A DNA stretch of 59,853 nucleotides, counting the filler. It is 6 parts of 6 records of this genome, joined end to end, with 100 filler letters (N's around TTAATTAATTAA, not from the genome) between each part and the next. Parts side by side here need not be neighbours in the genome. Positions count along the whole stretch, not along the records: positions 37,125 to 44,268 come from SRR31156797_63760; positions 44,369 to 51,702 come from SRR31156797_63767; 4 more parts are not named here. One strand, given 5' to 3'. This document shows positions 37,340 through 46,712 of the stretch, piece after piece (within the stretch, counting starts at the first letter, position 1; each line of letters starts with the position of its first letter). The translations under genes were made by a program, and so were the position numbers. The notes beneath the pieces are model-generated. The model saw only the letters and a program-made list of their open reading frames with translations, ran no database searches and had not been told where the DNA came from.

Positions 37340-39580
37340 ATGGAAATCATAATTGGCCTGATCATTTTGTACTTAATTTATAGGTTTTTTAAAGGATACT
37401 CCAATCGTAAAAAACCTCCACAAATTAATGAGGTTACTTTTCGAGTGGAGGTATCAGGCCCAGATGATGACAACAGTAATTACGATCGACCGGAACGTCC
37501 TAGTGGTCCGCCTGCTAAATGGTATCCATACGGAAAAGCGGTCAGCGTGAAGGGCCACGATATTCCAGGCGGCTTAATTTACGTGGGCACTAATCTCAAA
37601 GACATCAACGGCTACGAAAACGATGCCTGTCTGATTAATCCGAAATTGCCGATTGAGCCTGCCGAGCCATGGGAAGCTGGTGATGAAATGGGCTACTGGC
37701 CACATTATGGTCGCATTCCAGCAAAATGCCGTGGCGCATACTTAAAATGGTTGGCAGGTGGGTGCACTGAGCCGGAGGCCAATATAGGTTACGTGTTTTT
37801 GTTTTTCTATGGCCTTGAGCGTCGTCTCTTGGTGGATGGCGCAAAAGGAGAAGTAACTGAAAAGGAGCGATTTGAGATTGTCAATATCGTAAGAAAGCTT
37901 CTGAAAATATATGGCGGAAACCTTTCTTTCCATGGATACGCCGGTAATTTCCTCGCGATGGAATGGGCTCAATTTCAACACGAGAAACCCATCCCCGATT
38001 ACATAAATTTTAATGATCGCTATTGCATCGAACCATTCCAACTGGTTTTGGCAAAAAACATTGCTTCGGGTAAACCGGTTCCGGCAAATATGGCACTTCA
38101 GTGGTACCGTCTTAATCCGGAAGTCAATCTCCGGACTCCCGCTCGTCGGTGTCCTAAAGCATTCGCTACTCTATTCACCATTCGATTTTCTAAAAAATTC
38201 GGCGATGGGTTGGTGGTCAAACCCAACAAAACACGCCTAAAGCTTGAATACCGATCCGCAAGTCCTTCTATCCAAAGACAAATGAAGCTAAATGTACCCG
38301 ACTTGCCAAACCCCTTTATCTTGAAAGGACCAATCAAAAAAATCGGTGCGATTATCGAAGAATGCACGCAAGAATTAGAACCCTACAGTCGTTATTTGGG
38401 TAGAAAAGGCAATGATCCGAAATCGTTGGCCGCAATATCATTAATTCCGAAAGAGTTGATCTGCCGGACGTCCGCAGGAAAAACAATAAATGAACGATTA
38501 AGAAAAATCTGTGAAAATGGTTCAGGATTTCTCCCTTTGGAAACCCTTTATAAAACTATAGGACAGCAGATCCCAATCAAATTGGTGAAAAAGGATTTGG
38601 AAAACCTGGCGTCATTCATTGAAAAAATGGGTTTTGGTATTGCGCCCGATATTCGTTTCCACAATATGAAACCAAGCTTGCATGGACATATAGTTGTTTT
38701 TCCGAAAGGACACGGTATCGATTTCAGGCCTTCAAAGGAATATCGCACCGTTGCTACAATACTCCGACTTGGCTCATTGGTGAGTCAGATCGATAAAAAC
38801 TTAGCTACTGATGAAGAAGCCACTCTTCAGCGATTGATCCATGACAATCGTGAATTGACAAGCCTCGAAAAAGAATCCCTCCTGGCATTTTTACATTGGT
38901 CCCTGAGAACCCCACAAGGGGCAGCTGGTTTGAAGGCACGCCTTTCCGAAGTAAGCGAAACTGAAAAAACAGCCATAAGCCACATTTTAATAACGGTGGC
39001 TCATGCAGATGGTGAGATTAAACCTGAAGAAATCAAGCAGCTCGAAAAGCTCTACACAACTCTTGGATTGGACAAAAAGCAGGTAACCGGTGATATTCAC
39101 GCTCTTGCCACCGAAAACGGCCCGGTTACCGTTGGCCTGCGAGATCCGGACACGTCCTTTTCCATTCCTCAACCTGCGAAACCTGTCCGTACAGCCCGTG
39201 GTTTTGCCTTAAATGAAGAATTGATTCGTATCCGTAAAGAGGAAACCAAACAGGTCAAAAGTGTGCTTGAAGACATTTTTACTGAACAGGAAGAGGACGA
39301 ACCGGACTCGATCCCGGAAGAAGCGATGGTTTCCAACAATCCTTTATCTATGTTGGATGAAGCACATCGGAACCTTTTCAGCCGCATGGTGTCAAAAGAA
39401 ACGTGGGAATTGGTTGCATTGCAGGAAACCTGTAAAAATTTAGGATTAATGGTTGATGGAGCAATGGAAGTTCTCAACGAATGGGCGCTTGAAACTGCAA
39501 ATGCTCCTCTTATCGAGTACGGTGAGCCAATATATGTCGATGTAAGCCTTGCAAAGGAGATTGTCGATGTCGAACAATAA
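37340..39580 (+). CDS. sngA: TerB-N/TerB/TerB-C domain protein (Shango SngA-like)
   Basis: N-terminal TM; YWPHY...RGAYLKWLAGG...IGYVFLFFYGLERR (TerB-N); VAHADGEIKPEE (TerB); GLMVDGAMEVLNEWA (TerB-C). Confidence 0.88.
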   Translation: MEIIIGLIILYLIYRFFKGYSNRKKPPQINEVTFRVEVSGPDDDNSNYDRPERPSGPPAKWYPYGKAVSVKGHDIPGGLIYVGTNLKDINGYENDACLINPKLPIEPAEPWEAGDEMGYWPHYGRIPAKCRGAYLKWLAGGCTEPEANIGYVFLFFYGLERRLLVDGAKGEVTEKERFEIVNIVRKLLKIYGGNLSFHGYAGNFLAMEWAQFQHEKPIPDYINFNDRYCIEPFQLVLAKNIASGKPVPANMALQWYRLNPEVNLRTPARRCPKAFATLFTIRFSKKFGDGLVVKPNKTRLKLEYRSASPSIQRQMKLNVPDLPNPFILKGPIKKIGAIIEECTQELEPYSRYLGRKGNDPKSLAAISLIPKELICRTSAGKTINERLRKICENGSGFLPLETLYKTIGQQIPIKLVKKDLENLASFIEKMGFGIAPDIRFHNMKPSLHGHIVVFPKGHGIDFRPSKEYRTVATILRLGSLVSQIDKNLATDEEATLQRLIHDNRELTSLEKESLLAFLHWSLRTPQGAAGLKARLSEVSETEKTAISHILITVAHADGEIKPEEIKQLEKLYTTLGLDKKQVTGDIHALATENGPVTVGLRDPDTSFSIPQPAKPVRTARGFALNEELIRIRKEETKQVKSVLEDIFTEQEEDEPDSIPEEAMVSNNPLSMLDEAHRNLFSRMVSKETWELVALQETCKNLGLMVDGAMEVLNEWALETANAPLIEYGEPIYVDVSLAKEIVDVEQ

Positions 39581-40889
39581 TAAACGCCGGCTGCGGCCGA
39601 GAGAGCGAGACGCCATTATTCAATCACTTCGTGCTGGTGTGACGCCTCGTGCAGGGCTGCAACATATCCAGGTCGGCCGCGTAAAAGAGGTTGAAGCGCT
39701 AATCAAGGATATCGAACGTATAATAGATGGTGGTTCCTCGCTTCGCCTTACCATTGGTGATTTTGGTTCCGGGAAAAGCTTTTTCATGCAACTGGTCCGA
39801 GTCATAGCCCTCGAAAAAGGACTGGTGACAATACATGCCGATCTTGCGCCCGATAGAAGGCTCCATGCTACCGGAGGACAGGCCAGGAATTTATATGCTG
39901 AACTTATGCGTAATCTTTCCACTCGCACCAAGCCGGATGGTAATGCGCTTACCAGTGTTGTCGAACGATTCATCACTGAATCTCGCAAAAACGCAAAAGC
40001 CACCGGCACGAAGGTCAATGCGATCATTGAAAAGCGTCTTAACCATTTGACCGAGTTTGTCGGAGGCTACGATTTTGCCAAGGTAATCGAATCATACTGG
40101 CAAGGGCACAAAGAGGAGGATGAACAGCTTAAGATAGATGCCGTGCGTTGGCTCCGTGGGGAATTCTCGACCAAGACGGATGCCCGCAAAGCGCTGGGTA
40201 TCAGATCGATTGTCACCGACGCCAATGTATATGATCATTTGAAATTACTCAGCTTATTCGTCAGGCAGGCTGGATATGGCGGGCTCTTGGTAATTATTGA
40301 TGAGATGGTTAATCTCTATAAACTTTCCAGTAAAAAAGCCCGTGTATCCAACTATGAGCAGATCCTTCGCATTCTTAATGATTGCCTTCAGGGGGGCACT
40401 GAATACATAGGCTTTTTATTTGGCGGGACACCGGATTTTTTGCTGGATCCAAGAAAAGGGCTTTATAGCTACGAGGCTCTTCAATCCAGGCTGGCGGAAA
40501 ATACGTTCGCAAAAGGAGCCGGTGTCATTGACTATACATCCCCCACTCTCCATTTGGGGAGCCTGTTGCCTGAAGAGGTGTACATTCTTCTTGGAAATCT
40601 TCGGCATGTATATGCCTCTGGAGATCCGGACAAATATCTCGTTCCCGATGAAGCGCTTGCATCATTTCTACAACACTGTTCCAAAACAATCGGAGACGCA
40701 TATTTTAGAACCCCACGGAACACCATCAAGGCATTTGTTGATTTGCTTGCCGTTCTTGACCAGAGTGACAATTTACAATGGCATCAATTAATTGAAAGCG
40801 TGAAGGTTGAAAAAGAGGTCAACACCGATATGCCCGATATCGGTTCCGAAAAGCCCGGAGATGATGAACTGGCTACCTTTAAGCTCTAA
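39567..40889 (+). CDS. sngB: DUF2791/BrxD-like P-loop ATPase (Shango SngB-like)
   Basis: AAGGAG RBS, ATG at 39567; IIQSLRAGVTP, Walker A GDFGSGKS, Walker B LVIIDE, YEALQSRL. Confidence 0.88.
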   Translation: MSNNNKRRLRPRERDAIIQSLRAGVTPRAGLQHIQVGRVKEVEALIKDIERIIDGGSSLRLTIGDFGSGKSFFMQLVRVIALEKGLVTIHADLAPDRRLHATGGQARNLYAELMRNLSTRTKPDGNALTSVVERFITESRKNAKATGTKVNAIIEKRLNHLTEFVGGYDFAKVIESYWQGHKEEDEQLKIDAVRWLRGEFSTKTDARKALGIRSIVTDANVYDHLKLLSLFVRQAGYGGLLVIIDEMVNLYKLSSKKARVSNYEQILRILNDCLQGGTEYIGFLFGGTPDFLLDPRKGLYSYEALQSRLAENTFAKGAGVIDYTSPTLHLGSLLPEEVYILLGNLRHVYASGDPDKYLVPDEALASFLQHCSKTIGDAYFRTPRNTIKAFVDLLAVLDQSDNLQWHQLIESVKVEKEVNTDMPDIGSEKPGDDELATFKL

Positions 40890-40897
40890 ATGAAATT

Positions 40898-43060
40898 ATG
40901 AGCAGATCGTCAAATTTCGAAAAACTGCATGAAAGTGTTCAGCGATGGATCTGGAATCAGAAATGGACGTCACTAAGAGATATTCAAGAGGCCGCAATCG
41001 ATCCCATCTTAAATGCGGATTGTGATATTGTCATCAGCGCTTCCACTGCGGCCGGGAAGACCGAGGCTGCGTTCCTTCCCGCATGTTCAAGAATTGTTGA
41101 ACAATCTCCTGCCGGCATCGGTATTTTATATGTCAGCCCGCTCAAAGCTTTGATAAACGATCAATACAGAAGGCTCCGGAGCCTTTGCGATATTCTGCAT
41201 ATTTCGGTTACCCCCTGGCATGGTGATATCCTTCGCTCAGTCAAAATCAAGCAGAAAAAGAAACCTAACGGCATCCTGCTAATAACGCCTGAATCACTTG
41301 AATCATTATTGTTAAACCAAGGGAGTTGGTGTTTAAAGGCATTTAAGTCGTTAGGCTATATTATTGTTGATGAATTCCATGCATTTTTGGGAACGGAAAG
41401 GGGGCGCCAACTACAATCCCTAATGCACCGCCTGGAATTTCTTATTCAAAAACCAATCCCAAGAATTGCTTTGAGTGCCACACTTGGTGATATGAAACAG
41501 GTGGCGGATCTTCTGCGGCCAAATCAAGAACTGCCATGCAAAATTATCGAATCAACTGTTTCACACTCTGATTTAAAAATTCAGTTAAGGGGCTATTTGA
41601 CGCCGGCACAACAAAACGAAGACACAGCATCTTCCTTTGATGAAATAATAAAAGACCTCTATGAGATTTTAAGAGGCAAATCTCACTTGGTTTTTGCAAA
41701 TAGCAGAGCACGTACAGAAGAGATCGCTGCAAGACTTTCAGACATGTGTGAACGGAGTTTGGTTCCTAATGAGTTTTTTCCGCACCATGGAAGCCTTTCA
41801 AAAGAAATTCGTGAAAGTTTAGAGTTAAGGCTGCAGAAAGAGAAGCTTCCGACAACTGCGGTTTGCACCATGACCCTAGAGCTTGGGATCGATATTGGAA
41901 GCGTTGATTCCATATCACAGGTAACCTCTCCCCATTCCGTGGCCACCCTCCGGCAGAGACTTGGACGATCGGGTCGCCGGGGAGCGCCTGCAATATTGAG
42001 ACTATTCATACCTGAAAATGAAATAACCGTTAACAGCCACTTGCTGGATCGTTTGCGTGTGCATACGGTCCAATGCATTGCGATGATCAATTTGCTCCTA
42101 AAAAAGTGGTACGAGCCCGCATCTATAAGTCTACACCATTTTTCTACCCTTGTGCAGCAAACGCTTTCTGTGATTGGGCAGTATGGGGGTGTACGTGCTA
42201 GTCAGCTTTGGATGCTTTTGTGTGATTCCGGGCCATTTTCATCGGTGGATCAGTCCCTTTATGGGTCGTTTTTGCGGGCGCTCGGTGAAAAGGATTATAT
42301 CACCCAGATCGAAGATGGGCAGCTTGTTTTAGGGTATAGAGGGGAAAAGGTAGTCGAGCATTATAATTTTTATTCTGCTTTTAACACGCCTGAGGAATAC
42401 AGGCTTGAATTCAATGGAAAAGTTCTGGGAACTGTTCCAATCGATAAACCATTGGTCAAGGGACAACACATAATATTTGCGGGAAAGCGCTGGGAGGTGC
42501 TTTCCGTAGACGATGAAAAAAAGCTAATAATGCTGAAAAAAGCAAAGGGCGGCAAACCGCCCATCTTTAGCGGTGATGGTTTTATGGTTCATCGTATTGT
42601 AAGGCAAGAAATGAAGCGCATTTATCATGAGAGGTCAATTCCGATTTATTTGAATGATTCTGCCAAATCAATCCTTAAAGAAGGGATCGATACTTACCAT
42701 TCATTGAATCTTGACCAGAGAAAGGTATTCCAAGTTGGAAACACGGTCCATGTTCTTCCATGGCTCGGGGACAGGGCCACCAACACCATATCCGTGCTTC
42801 TTAAAATGCATGGCCTTTTGGCAGATTGTTTCGGCGGTGTTATTGATGTCAGAAATTGTACGCCTGATGATTTTTATCGTGTGGCTAGAGATATTATAAA
42901 TGGCTCTAAAATCAGTGCTACAGAGCTTGCAAATTTTATCCCTGATACGATCATAGAAAAGCATGATCCGGTTCTACCTAAAGAAATCAGAGATATCGGT
43001 TATGGCGCCAGATCATTTAATGTAGATGGGGCATGGAAGTGGCTTTTAGAATTGCAATAA
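40898..43060 (+). CDS. sngC: Lhr-like DEAD/DEAH helicase (Shango SngC-like)
   Basis: TAAGKTEA, SPLKALIND, DEFH, SAT, HHGS, TLELGID, QRLGRSGR. Confidence 0.9.
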   Translation: MSRSSNFEKLHESVQRWIWNQKWTSLRDIQEAAIDPILNADCDIVISASTAAGKTEAAFLPACSRIVEQSPAGIGILYVSPLKALINDQYRRLRSLCDILHISVTPWHGDILRSVKIKQKKKPNGILLITPESLESLLLNQGSWCLKAFKSLGYIIVDEFHAFLGTERGRQLQSLMHRLEFLIQKPIPRIALSATLGDMKQVADLLRPNQELPCKIIESTVSHSDLKIQLRGYLTPAQQNEDTASSFDEIIKDLYEILRGKSHLVFANSRARTEEIAARLSDMCERSLVPNEFFPHHGSLSKEIRESLELRLQKEKLPTTAVCTMTLELGIDIGSVDSISQVTSPHSVATLRQRLGRSGRRGAPAILRLFIPENEITVNSHLLDRLRVHTVQCIAMINLLLKKWYEPASISLHHFSTLVQQTLSVIGQYGGVRASQLWMLLCDSGPFSSVDQSLYGSFLRALGEKDYITQIEDGQLVLGYRGEKVVEHYNFYSAFNTPEEYRLEFNGKVLGTVPIDKPLVKGQHIIFAGKRWEVLSVDDEKKLIMLKKAKGGKPPIFSGDGFMVHRIVRQEMKRIYHERSIPIYLNDSAKSILKEGIDTYHSLNLDQRKVFQVGNTVHVLPWLGDRATNTISVLLKMHGLLADCFGGVIDVRNCTPDDFYRVARDIINGSKISATELANFIPDTIIEKHDPVLPKEIRDIGYGARSFNVDGAWKWLLELQ

Positions 43061-43149
43061 CCTGAAGAGTGTAAAGGGCAACTTCATTTTAATTCGCGGG
43101 ATCGGGTCGGGCCATTAAAGAAACGTCTTTCCTGGTGGCGCAGAACACA

Positions 43150-44139
43150 TCACGCGCCGGGGTCGCGGGTGATGCCGGTGATCTTATCCTCTTCAAAATC
43201 AAACAGCTCTTGGGTTTCGGAACCGTCAGCCACGGTGACGGTGCGGCCGTCCAGCACCTTCCCCACAACCGCCGCGTCAATACCCCTTTCCTTGAACAGT
43301 TCGATAATCCTGGTTGAAAACTCAGGTTTGGCCGACAAAACAAATCCGAAACTCTGAAAGGAAAGGAGCCATTGGGAGAGCGTCAGCGGGGCGGGGCAGG
43401 GGATGGCGCTAAGATCGATCATCGCCCCTCGTCCGGAGTTTTCCATCATGATGGAAAGGGTCCCCAACAGACCCGCATTGCTCACATCCTTGCAGGCCCG
43501 GGCCCATCCCCGTTCGGCAATGAGGGGAAGGGTTTCCAGGCGATAGAGGAGCTCCTGGGTGGTTTTTCCGGAGTTGGCGTCCCAACTGGTGACCGATGAA
43601 CAGCCCGCCCGACCGCTGAGATCCGCCGCAAACACAAGGTCGTCTCCCGGCTCGGCCAGGTGGCTCCGTAGGAGTTTCTTGGCGCGCCCCAGAATGGCAA
43701 CGGAAAGGGAAGGGGAATCAGCGGGCGCATCCGGATGGAGGTGTCCCCCCACCATGGGGACGTTCAACTTCTCACACCCTTTTCGGATGCCGTCGATGAT
43801 CTTTGAGCGGTGCGCTTCATTACCGCTTGCCAGCACGTTGACCATGGCCAGGGGCCTTCCCCCCATGGAGTAGATATCGTTCACCGTCACCATGACCGAG
43901 GCTTTTCCGGCGGCATAGGGTTCATTTCGAAGGAGTTTTGTCATCATGCCGTCTGCGGCCAGAAGCAGGTATTCGTCCTTGAAGGGGATAACGGCCGCAT
44001 CGTCTCCGTAGTTGGGAAGCTGGGGGCCGGGGACCCCATGGAGGATGAGTTTGTCGTATGCCTCTTGGATGGGCTGTTTGCGCACAAGCCCCAGGTACTC
44101 CCGGGTATTTTTGATAATTTCAGCAAGGTCTGTTTTCAA
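43150..44139 (-). CDS. AIR synthase (PurM/ThiL/SelD superfamily)-related protein, sll0787-like
   Basis: GDDAAV, VNDIYSMGGRP, VGGH and KDVSNAG; TTG start after AGGAG. Confidence 0.8.
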   Translation of the reverse strand: MKTDLAEIIKNTREYLGLVRKQPIQEAYDKLILHGVPGPQLPNYGDDAAVIPFKDEYLLLAADGMMTKLLRNEPYAAGKASVMVTVNDIYSMGGRPLAMVNVLASGNEAHRSKIIDGIRKGCEKLNVPMVGGHLHPDAPADSPSLSVAILGRAKKLLRSHLAEPGDDLVFAADLSGRAGCSSVTSWDANSGKTTQELLYRLETLPLIAERGWARACKDVSNAGLLGTLSIMMENSGRGAMIDLSAIPCPAPLTLSQWLLSFQSFGFVLSAKPEFSTRIIELFKERGIDAAVVGKVLDGRTVTVADGSETQELFDFEEDKITGITRDPGA

Positions 44140-44268
44140 GGATCTGTTCTCCTGATCGGTTTTAGGGGTTCACACTCTGATTTCGATTTGAAGAAAAAGG
44201 AATATTTTTTCGGATCATCACGGATTAACGTGAAACTGCCCCGGAGGGGTAAAGTCGTATAGCCGGTG

Positions 44269-44368
44269 NNNNNNNNNNNNNNNNNNNNNNNNNNNNNNNN
44301 NNNNNNNNNNNNTTAATTAATTAANNNNNNNNNNNNNNNNNNNNNNNNNNNNNNNNNNNNNNNNNNNN
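44269..44368. other. Artificial contig linker
   Basis: N44-TTAATTAATTAA-N44. Confidence 0.99.
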
Positions 44369-44619
44369 TCTTCCGCCATCTGGACCAGGTCGGTAACCAG
44401 CTTGCTGCCCTGTACCGAGCAGCGGGATTCATCATTCTTTCGCCGGTTTCGGTAACCGGTAATGTGGAAACAGATCAGGTCGTATGGATAGGAGCGGTCT
44501 TTCTCGACCATCGACAGTAGTGCTTCAATACCATCCAACTGTCGGACTCGTTGGCGAGGGGGGGAAATCGTCAACTGGTGAGCAAGTTCCGCGATATCTT
44601 TGCAGGAATAATCCGCCAT
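44369..44619 (-). CDS. N-terminal fragment of a planctomycete-type sigma-70 family protein
   Basis: GGAG RBS; MADYSCKDIAEL...YPYDLICFHITGYR resembles the N-terminal extension of planctomycete sigma factors as I recall it; the sigma domains lie beyond the contig end. Confidence 0.5.
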
Positions 44620-44999
44620 CTTGGCACTCCACAGGGCAGGGTCGTTGCCCCTCCGGCTTGCAAGCAGGGGTGTTCTGTGGACATCAACGGGAGGCAAGCC
44701 TTGTCCGCCCTTCATCCCAACGGGGCGTATGTTGTGTTGCTGTCCGCACCTGTTCGGGCGACTCTCTCGAGCCACCATTTGAGTGATGACAGGTTGCTGT
44801 CATCATCTTACTGGCATGAGGCCAAAGTCCTAAAAAGAATAAGGCCTCATTTGATTATCCTACCCATTATGTGGGTAGTCAAGAAATATGCAGGAAAAAC
44901 GGTATATGCATGTATCGGACGCATTGGAAGTCCCATATTTTGCTGAAAATCGGGATGCTTTTTTGTGCTATTGACTAGTATTCAGCCAGGCTTCAGAGC

Positions 45000-46364
45000 T
45001 TATGGCAGGTGCTGACCACGCTCCTTCAGGCGGTTTCGGAGCTCTTCGGTATCTACATCCAGCATCCGGCAACTCTTCTGGACGCCCATGGCTGCGGCTG
45101 TCCCAGCGGCTTCTCCTGTTGCCAGGCAGACCGGCATTACTCGTGTTGATCCCTGGACGGACCGATCCGTGCCGATGCAACGGCCTGCAGTGAGTACGTT
45201 CACGGATCCCTTCGGAATCAGGCATCGGTAGGGGATTCCGTGTGATTCACCTGGCTCGTACTGCTTGATGCGGTCAGCGTTATCGTATTTCTCGTGATCT
45301 TCCCATTCTTTCTGCGACAGGTGAATGTCGATGTAGTAAGCGTTCCGGGCGATCTCATCCGGGAAGGACTGCTGGTTGACGTAATCCTCCAGGCTCAGCA
45401 TGTATTCACCTACGATCCGCCTCGTCTCCCGGACACCGATTGTTGTCCCGGAGTTGATCAGCACTGCATTCTCGCACCCCGGGCAGTATTTCCGAATGAA
45501 ATCGATCAGGTGATGAATCACTTTCCGGCCGTCGATATGTGACTGGGAGTATTGTTCTCCATTCGTGGCATCGACATTGAAGACATGACTGAAGTTCGCA
45601 CCGATCGTTGTCGGCGTCTGACTGCAGACGTTCGCTGCGACTTCCGGAATATTCAGATCTCCGTTAGCCTTCGCTTCCGCTATGACCTCCTTGAGCAGCA
45701 GATTCTTCTGGTTGTCCGCATTGAGGAACTCGTTGAAGCGTTTCCCGTCAATTCCCGCTGCAACAAAGCAGTGTGTAACGGGCTGAAGCTCGCCTGTCTT
45801 TGGATCACCCTTCTGCAGGTCAAAACCAGCAGTATACGCGACATCTGCATCACCCGTGCAGTCGATGACTGATTTCGCTCCGATCCGTTGCAAGCCGGAT
45901 TTGTTGTGCAGGATAACTGACTGGACAGCGCCAGCGTCCATCAATACGTCGACAAAGCTGGTGTGATACAGAATCTCAGCCCCGGCTTCGACAACACGAC
46001 GTTCGTATATGCTCTTGAGCAGTTCGGCATCAATGGGGACCCAGTCGTATTGATCTTTCGAGACGACTTCCATTCCGGCTTTCATTTCTTCGAGAACCTC
46101 CAGGGCGATTCCCTTTGTGATGATCTTCTCCCGGTCTGTGTACGGACAGAAGGCCGGTACAAGCCCGGAAGTTCCTGCCCCGCCCAGACATCCCAGTTTT
46201 TCAACCAGCAGAGTTGTCGCTCCTTCCCGGGCCGACGCGATCGCCGCCCCGGTCCCTGCAGGACCACCGCCCACGATCAGAACATCCACTTCCCGCGACA
46301 CTGGAATCGATTCCCATGCCTGGTGTAATTGCTTAGAACATCTTGCTGTCTGGTCCTGGTTCAT
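45000..46364 (-). CDS. FAD-dependent oxidoreductase (HI0933/FAD_oxidored-like)
   Basis: DVLIVGGGPAG, IDCTGDAD, GVRETRRIVGEY, IPYRCLIP, GEAAGTAAA. Confidence 0.9.
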   Translation of the reverse strand: MNQDQTARCSKQLHQAWESIPVSREVDVLIVGGGPAGTGAAIASAREGATTLLVEKLGCLGGAGTSGLVPAFCPYTDREKIITKGIALEVLEEMKAGMEVVSKDQYDWVPIDAELLKSIYERRVVEAGAEILYHTSFVDVLMDAGAVQSVILHNKSGLQRIGAKSVIDCTGDADVAYTAGFDLQKGDPKTGELQPVTHCFVAAGIDGKRFNEFLNADNQKNLLLKEVIAEAKANGDLNIPEVAANVCSQTPTTIGANFSHVFNVDATNGEQYSQSHIDGRKVIHHLIDFIRKYCPGCENAVLINSGTTIGVRETRRIVGEYMLSLEDYVNQQSFPDEIARNAYYIDIHLSQKEWEDHEKYDNADRIKQYEPGESHGIPYRCLIPKGSVNVLTAGRCIGTDRSVQGSTRVMPVCLATGEAAGTAAAMGVQKSCRMLDVDTEELRNRLKERGQHLP

Positions 46365-46712
46365 TTCCTGACGTCTCCGGGATTGGAACTTCACTCCTCT
46401 GCAATCAATGACGGAATGCGATTTCAGCAGTCTTCAACAGATTGTCAACGAACATGAGTATTCGTATCGCAATCCCGGGCTCACCTGCTTTCTTTCGAGA
46501 GTTGCGTGTGGATTTCTAATGTTATGCTGGTAAAAGGGTTATGTTGTTGTACGGAGGGTGATGCCTGTCTTGTGATTTTGCGAGTGTGACTTGTGTCGAC
46601 CTTCTTTTGATTTTTGCATTTTGGCGTTTTTGAATTTGCTGCCTTTCACAGCGTTCTGTATTCTGCCTCCATATCTGTCACATTTTCGCATCTTCTTTCA
46701 GGAGTTGAATCG

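Noticed and set aside
39567-43060. BREX type 2/3 assignment for the BrxD-like ATPase and helicase
   Set aside because: No pglZ, pglX or brxC is present; the upstream TerB-domain gene defines the Shango architecture.
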